A stretch of 64,000 nt of DNA. Origin: Bdellovibrionales bacterium (lineage in GTDB: Bacteria > Bdellovibrionota > Bdellovibrionia > Bdellovibrionales > UBA1609). Positions 59,074 to 64,000 of the stretch are shown here, piece after piece; position 1 is the first letter of the stretch; each line of letters opens with the position of its first letter. The position numbers and the translations under genes are program-made. The notes under the pieces were generated by a model. That model had not been told where the DNA came from and did not search any database. It worked only from the letters and a program-made list of their open reading frames with translations. The stretch lies in the NCBI GenBank assembly GCA_965242515.1, contig OZ251448.1:56978-120977 (forward strand), in the 5' to 3' direction.

Positions 59074-60192
59074 ATGAGAGCAAAAAAAGGTTTAGAAGGT
59101 GTTATTGCTGATGAAAGTATGATTTCTAAAGTCATACCTGAAACCAGCTCACTTATTTATCGTGGTTATTCTGCTGAAGATTTGGCACAAAAGTCTTCTT
59201 TTTTAGCCACGGTATTTTTGTTATGGAATGGAGAATTGCCAAGGAAAGAGGAGTTAGTGCAATTTCAAAAAGAAGAAAAACAATTTCGAAAAAACGACCC
59301 TAGGATTTTAAATGTTTTAAAGGCATGTGCCAAGGCTCATCCTATGTCTGCTTTAAGAACAGCTGTATCTATGGCAGGGGCTTTAGACCCAGAGGCAGAT
59401 AAAGAACTCACACCGAAACAGCTAAAGCAAAAGGCGATGTATTTATTGGCTAACATTCCTTTGTGGATTGCCGCTCACAGTCGTTTTAGTAAAGGGCAAG
59501 ATGTTATCCAGCACAGCGAAGATAAAAGTTTTATAGAAAACTTTTTTTACATTTTTTTTAATAAAGTGCCTGAAAAAGAAACTTTATCAGCTTTTGAATC
59601 GTCGATGGTGCTTTATGCAGAGCATGGTTTTAACGCGTCTACTTTTACCGCACGGGTGGTGACTTCTACTATGTCAGACATTTATTCTAGCTTAGCAGGG
59701 GCTATTGGCTCGTTAAAAGGACCTTTACATGGGGGGGCTAATGAACAAGTCATGCACATGATGTTAGAAATAGGAGACCCCGAAAAAGCTAAAGACTGGC
59801 TATTAAATGCGTTAAAGCAAAAAAGAAAAATTATGGGCTTTGGTCACAGAGTGTATAAGAAGGGCGATTCCAGAGTGCGTCAAATGTTAGCTAGTGCACA
59901 AGCTATGGCTGATGTGACAGGTAACCACAAATGGATGAAGATGTACCATATTTTGCGAGACACAATGTTAGAGCAAAAAGGTATTTATCCTAATTTAGAT
60001 TTTCCGGCAGGACCTGCTTACTATATGATGGGTTTTGAAATTGGCGTTTTTACCCCTTTGTTTGTTATGAGTAGAATTTCAGGTTGGATGGCACATATTA
60101 TGGAACAACAAGCTCACAACCGTATTATTCGCCCTTTGTGTGAGTATAAAGGTTCTATGGATAAAAAAGTACCCAAAGAGGGAGTGCTTTAA
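59074..60192 (+). CDS. prpC: 2-methylcitrate/citrate synthase
   Basis: AEHGFNASTF, GPLHGGANE, MGFGHRVY, PNLDF; follows prpB. Confidence 0.9.
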   Translation: MRAKKGLEGVIADESMISKVIPETSSLIYRGYSAEDLAQKSSFLATVFLLWNGELPRKEELVQFQKEEKQFRKNDPRILNVLKACAKAHPMSALRTAVSMAGALDPEADKELTPKQLKQKAMYLLANIPLWIAAHSRFSKGQDVIQHSEDKSFIENFFYIFFNKVPEKETLSAFESSMVLYAEHGFNASTFTARVVTSTMSDIYSSLAGAIGSLKGPLHGGANEQVMHMMLEIGDPEKAKDWLLNALKQKRKIMGFGHRVYKKGDSRVRQMLASAQAMADVTGNHKWMKMYHILRDTMLEQKGIYPNLDFPAGPAYYMMGFEIGVFTPLFVMSRISGWMAHIMEQQAHNRIIRPLCEYKGSMDKKVPKEGVL

Positions 60193-60222
60193 AGCAAAAG
60201 GTTTTTTAAGTTTTGGGTTTTT

Positions 60223-63024
60223 TTGATGAAAGTTTCGTTATATCGTTTAAATGAGTTTGTTGATTTAAAAGAGTTTTTTCATCAACCGGATAAATTAGCT
60301 CATATACTCTCTATGGGTGGTCTAGAGGTAGAAGAATGGGAAGATTACTCTCACCATTTTTCTAATGTATTTGTTGGGGAGGTGAAACAAAAAACCAAGC
60401 ACCCACATGCGGACCGTTTGCAACTCTGCGAAGTGCAGGTGTTTGAGGGTACAAAACCTTTTTCTATCGTTTGTGGTGCTGATAACTTTAAAGGTGGAGA
60501 TAAAGTGGCAGTGGCACTGGCTTTAGAGGATTTACCAGAACCCCCCACCCTCGAGGCTTATAAAAAAAATGCAGTACCCATTACCAAGCGTCGTATCAGA
60601 GGTGAGGAAAGTTGTGGGATGCTACTTTCTTTTTCAGAAGCAGTGTCGCATTTAGATTTAGCTAGTCATGCTTTGGTGGATGCCGATAAAGGTAACATTA
60701 TTATTTTATCGCCAAAAGCCATTGTGGGCAAGGCTTTTGCCCCTTATTTAGGCTTAGATGATATTATTTTTAAAATCAATATCACACCTAACAGGGCAGA
60801 TTGTTTAAGTCATTTTGGTTGTGCAAGGGAGTTATCTTGCCTGTTGAATAAAAAACTAAAAGATATAAAAAAACCAGATATATCAGATTTAATAGGACAG
60901 AAAAGCGATAGTCATGAGGTGGATATTGAAGTTAAGTGTCCGAAACTATGCCCTGTTTATATGGGGGCTTTATTGAAAGGGGTTAAGGTTCAACCTTCTG
61001 ACCCTTGGCTAAGGGTGTGTTTAATTTATTTAGGCTTTAGACCTATTAACAATATTGTGGATGTTACTAATTATTTAATGGTTCAGTGGGGGCAACCCTT
61101 GCATGCTTTTGATTGGGATTATGTACAGAGTTTGTCAGATAGTAATAAAGATACTAAAGATACTAAAGATACTAAAGATACTAAAGATACTAAAGATAAT
61201 AAAGGTGCGGTTAAGATTATTGTGGATTTATCTAAAAAGGGTGAAAGTTTTATCACTTTAGATAATGAAAAGCAAACGCTGACAGGGGGTGAGCTGTGCA
61301 TTCGAAGTGGTGTGAATGGTCATAAGGTGATAGCTTTAGCTGGTGTTATGGGTGGGCTTAAGTCTGGCATTCAAGAGGATACGAAAAATGTTTTTATAGA
61401 ATCTGCTTGTTTTGAGGCGGAGGTTATTCGCAAAGGCTCTAAAGCTTTAGCTTTAGAAACAGAATCTTCGTATCGTTTTAGCCGTGGGGTATGGGCTGGG
61501 TTGACTGAAGAGGTATTGTATCGTGCCGTATCTTTTATAACAAAATTTTCTAGTGAGAAAACCAAGTCAAAATTCCCGCAATCGTTGTCATTCCCGCGTC
61601 AATCGTCATTCCTGCGTCAATCGTCATTCCCGCGTCAATCGTCATTCCTGCGTCAATCGTCATTCCTGCGGAGGCAGGAATCTAGTAACAAAATCAGAAT
61701 AAGTAAAAATGATATAGAAAGAAGGTTAGGAAAAACCATAGATTTTAAACAATTCATTAGCAAAATGAAAGCCTTAGCCTGTTATGTGACTAAAGACAGT
61801 ATGCTGAAAGAAGAATTAGGAACAAAAGAAAGTACTAGTGATAGTTATAATGATGTGGTGGTGGTTACCCCTCCGGGGTTTAGAGAGGATTTATGTTTAA
61901 AAGAGGATTTGATAGAGGAGTATGCACGGCTTGAGGGGTATGATAAAATCCCAGAGCAAATTATTTCTTTATCTTGTGAGCCTAAGCCTTTTTCGAAAGA
62001 TTATATATATCGCGATAGGGTGGCTGATTTATTATCTAAGGAGGGCTTTTATGAGGCTATTAACCACGATTTTATATCACAAGATTTTTCTCATACTTTT
62101 TTTAATAATAAAGATTTAAAAAATTATCATCCGCTTTGGGATAAAAATAATAATCTTAAGCCTGTTCACATTCAAAACCCTTTAAGTGCAGAGTATGGCA
62201 TGATGCGAGTAAGCCTTATTCCGGGTTTGTTTAGAAATGCTGAGCAGAGCATTCATCGTGCTTGTTTAAAGGGGCGGTTATTTGAATTAGGTAGTGTGTT
62301 TTCTCAAAGTGTGAGTAACACCTCTTCTACTTATAAGGAGCAAGATTGTTTAGCTTTAGTAGCCTGGGGTAGTGAGAGTGATTTATGGCATAGTGGCAAG
62401 CCTTATCCGTGTGTGTATGATTTAAAATCGGTGGTAGAGTGTATGCTGGGCGATTTAATGATGACAGATTTTGAGTGGCACCCACTATCCAAAGGGGTTT
62501 TGGATTTTATGCATCCTGGTCAGTTTGTGCTTTTAAAGGTCAAAGACCAGGTTGTGGGGTATGTGGGTTCTATACATCCTGCGTTTATGGCAAAGCATAA
62601 AATTCGGGTAGATATGGCTATGGGTGAGTTTGATTTATCGGTTTTTCAAAGTAAGAGGCGCAAGAAGTTTAAGTTTTTATCTCGCTATCCACAGGTAGAA
62701 AGGGATGTGGCTTTTTGGCTAGATCAGGATACACCAGCCGGGGCATTAGCTAAGGATCTCAAAGTATTAGCAGGTCCACTTTGTCGCATGGTGCAAGTGT
62801 TTGATGTCTATCAGGAAGAAAAAAGCAGTACAGGTTCTAGTGGTGCTAAGGGTGGTGGTGATAAGGAGGGTAAAGGCAAGCGATCGGTTGCTTTTCGTCT
62901 CGTTTGGCAGTCGGAGAAAAAAACTTTAGACGATAAAACCATTCAGACATTACAGGCACGGCTTATTAAAGCAGCACAAGACAAATGGTCTATTAAATTA
63001 AGGGGTGAGGAAAATGGTGGTTGA
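60223..63024 (+). CDS. pheT: Phenylalanine-tRNA ligase beta subunit with repeat-derived insertions
   Basis: HPHADRL, ITPNRADCLS, INNIVDVTNY, GQPLHAFD, DLIEEYARLEGYD, RYPQVERD. Confidence 0.96.
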   Translation: MMKVSLYRLNEFVDLKEFFHQPDKLAHILSMGGLEVEEWEDYSHHFSNVFVGEVKQKTKHPHADRLQLCEVQVFEGTKPFSIVCGADNFKGGDKVAVALALEDLPEPPTLEAYKKNAVPITKRRIRGEESCGMLLSFSEAVSHLDLASHALVDADKGNIIILSPKAIVGKAFAPYLGLDDIIFKINITPNRADCLSHFGCARELSCLLNKKLKDIKKPDISDLIGQKSDSHEVDIEVKCPKLCPVYMGALLKGVKVQPSDPWLRVCLIYLGFRPINNIVDVTNYLMVQWGQPLHAFDWDYVQSLSDSNKDTKDTKDTKDTKDTKDNKGAVKIIVDLSKKGESFITLDNEKQTLTGGELCIRSGVNGHKVIALAGVMGGLKSGIQEDTKNVFIESACFEAEVIRKGSKALALETESSYRFSRGVWAGLTEEVLYRAVSFITKFSSEKTKSKFPQSLSFPRQSSFLRQSSFPRQSSFLRQSSFLRRQESSNKIRISKNDIERRLGKTIDFKQFISKMKALACYVTKDSMLKEELGTKESTSDSYNDVVVVTPPGFREDLCLKEDLIEEYARLEGYDKIPEQIISLSCEPKPFSKDYIYRDRVADLLSKEGFYEAINHDFISQDFSHTFFNNKDLKNYHPLWDKNNNLKPVHIQNPLSAEYGMMRVSLIPGLFRNAEQSIHRACLKGRLFELGSVFSQSVSNTSSTYKEQDCLALVAWGSESDLWHSGKPYPCVYDLKSVVECMLGDLMMTDFEWHPLSKGVLDFMHPGQFVLLKVKDQVVGYVGSIHPAFMAKHKIRVDMAMGEFDLSVFQSKRRKKFKFLSRYPQVERDVAFWLDQDTPAGALAKDLKVLAGPLCRMVQVFDVYQEEKSSTGSSGAKGGGDKEGKGKRSVAFRLVWQSEKKTLDDKTIQTLQARLIKAAQDKWSIKLRGEENGG
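61552..61682 (+). repeat. B left arm fused to family A 18-nt array, in frame within pheT
   Basis: agtgagaaaaccaagtcaaaa, then gtcattcc at 61587, 61605, 61623, 61641 and full palindrome 61659-61682. Confidence 0.92.
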
Positions 63025-63143
63025 TTATTTTTGTTATTATTGTAAGAAAAACTTTTTACTTTAAGAAAATAATATTTGACACTAAGCATGAGTTACGGTT
63101 AAATAATAACATATAAATGAACTTATAAAAAAGAGGTGTTAAT

Positions 63144-63464
63144 ATGGCAAAAAAAAGTAAGATAAAGACATTAACTAAATCAGATATTAGTGATAAATTG
63201 TTTCAGTTTTTGGGTTATTCTAAAAGGCGTTGTGCTAAGTATGTTGACATGATGTTTAACATTATGAGGGCTCAACTTCGTTCGGGAAATCAGCTAAAGT
63301 TATCTAAGTTTGGTAATTTTATTTTAAAGGATAAGAAGGCACGGCGTGGGCGAGACCCTCAAACAGGGGAGGAGATCACCATTAAAAAAAGGCGTGTGGT
63401 GACATTTCACCCTAGCCCTGTTTTAAAAAATATGGTGAACAAAAAACGGCGAAGGTTGTGGTAA
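63144..63464 (+). CDS. ihfA: Integration host factor alpha subunit
   Basis: TLTKSDI, KLSKFGNF, RRGRDPQTGEEI, RRVVTF; after pheT. Confidence 0.9.
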   Translation: MAKKSKIKTLTKSDISDKLFQFLGYSKRRCAKYVDMMFNIMRAQLRSGNQLKLSKFGNFILKDKKARRGRDPQTGEEITIKKRRVVTFHPSPVLKNMVNKKRRRLW

Positions 63465-63889
63465 AAGTGATTTGGGATTGGTCTATTGAATTACAAAAGG
63501 AAACTCCTGGTGGTTTGGATCAGAGTTTGCAACAGGAGATTCAAAACATTCCTCATAAGCTTTCTTTTAAAATTAGTGAGGTATCGGATTTATTAGGTAT
63601 CAAGCCACATGTGTTAAGGTATTGGGAGATGGAGTTTAGCTCATTACATCCCAAAAAGATGTCTAATGGTCAGCGTTTATATTTTAAAAAGGATGTAGCC
63701 ATGGCTTTATTAATTAAGAAGTTATTGTATCGGGATAAATTTTCTGTAAGAGGTGCTAAAAAAGTATTGAGCGAGTTAAAAAAAGAAAGCAGAACACATC
63801 AGAAGCAATCTACCAAGCAAACAAAGGTGTTAAAAGATTTAGAGAGTATGAGAGAGATTATTGCAGACTTAAGGGAGTTAATTAAATAA
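63458..63889 (+). CDS. MerR family transcriptional regulator
   Basis: FKISEVS, HVLRYWEMEF, QRLY; conserved ihfA-merR linkage. Confidence 0.92.
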   Translation: MVKVIWDWSIELQKETPGGLDQSLQQEIQNIPHKLSFKISEVSDLLGIKPHVLRYWEMEFSSLHPKKMSNGQRLYFKKDVAMALLIKKLLYRDKFSVRGAKKVLSELKKESRTHQKQSTKQTKVLKDLESMREIIADLRELIK

Positions 63890-64000
63890 AAAAATTAGAT
63901 GGTAAGGTTTTTCAGTTAAAAGCATCTTATAAGCCGGCAGGTGATCAACCTCGGGCTATTCAATCTTTATGTAAAGGGTTTCGAACAAACAAAAAGCATC
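63886..64000 (+). CDS. uvrB: Excinuclease ABC subunit B, 5' end (runs off window; start codon non-canonical or uncertain)
   Basis: Manual translation GKVFQLKASYKPAGDQPRAIQSLCKG matches the UvrB N-terminal PAGDQP motif. Confidence 0.85.
   Translation, partial: MKKLDGKVFQLKASYKPAGDQPRAIQSLCKGFRTNKKH

Noticed and set aside
417-62119. Numerous 60-130 aa antisense or overlapping ORFs in the supplied track
   Set aside because: They overlap confidently identified genes and show no recognisable motifs

Overview
AT-rich bacterial chromosomal segment. The gene content and sigma-28-type promoters suggest a Bdellovibrionota-like organism, but this is inference only. It carries the S10-spc ribosomal protein operon (rpsJ to secY, with rplX and rpsN absent and several proteins carrying long low-complexity extensions), a small accessory island, guaA, dnaE, lipB, tRNA-Ser and tRNA-Arg around a coiled-coil PD-(D/E)XK-like gene, BatB/C/D, fur, two M16 peptidases, an RND transporter, cysS, pyrD, gltX, radA, def-fmt-rpe, a VKOR-DsbA fusion, Leu dehydrogenase, yfgM-bamB-like genes, prpB-prpC, pheT-ihfA-merR and the start of uvrB. 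The most striking signal is non-coding: at least five dispersed repeat families. Family A is a GTCATTCC(C/T)GC palindrome with polar 18-nt half-site arrays. Family B is a ~110-nt rod hairpin with compensatory base changes and an invariant 20-nt core. Family C is GCATCAAAA followed by a covarying triloop hairpin, found at gene 3' ends. Family D is a ~69-nt covarying hairpin and family E is a shared leader of small ORFs. A, B and C fuse into chimeras, insert in frame into guaA and pheT, and flank gene blocks as direct repeats. No transposase or integrase is recognisable in the window.
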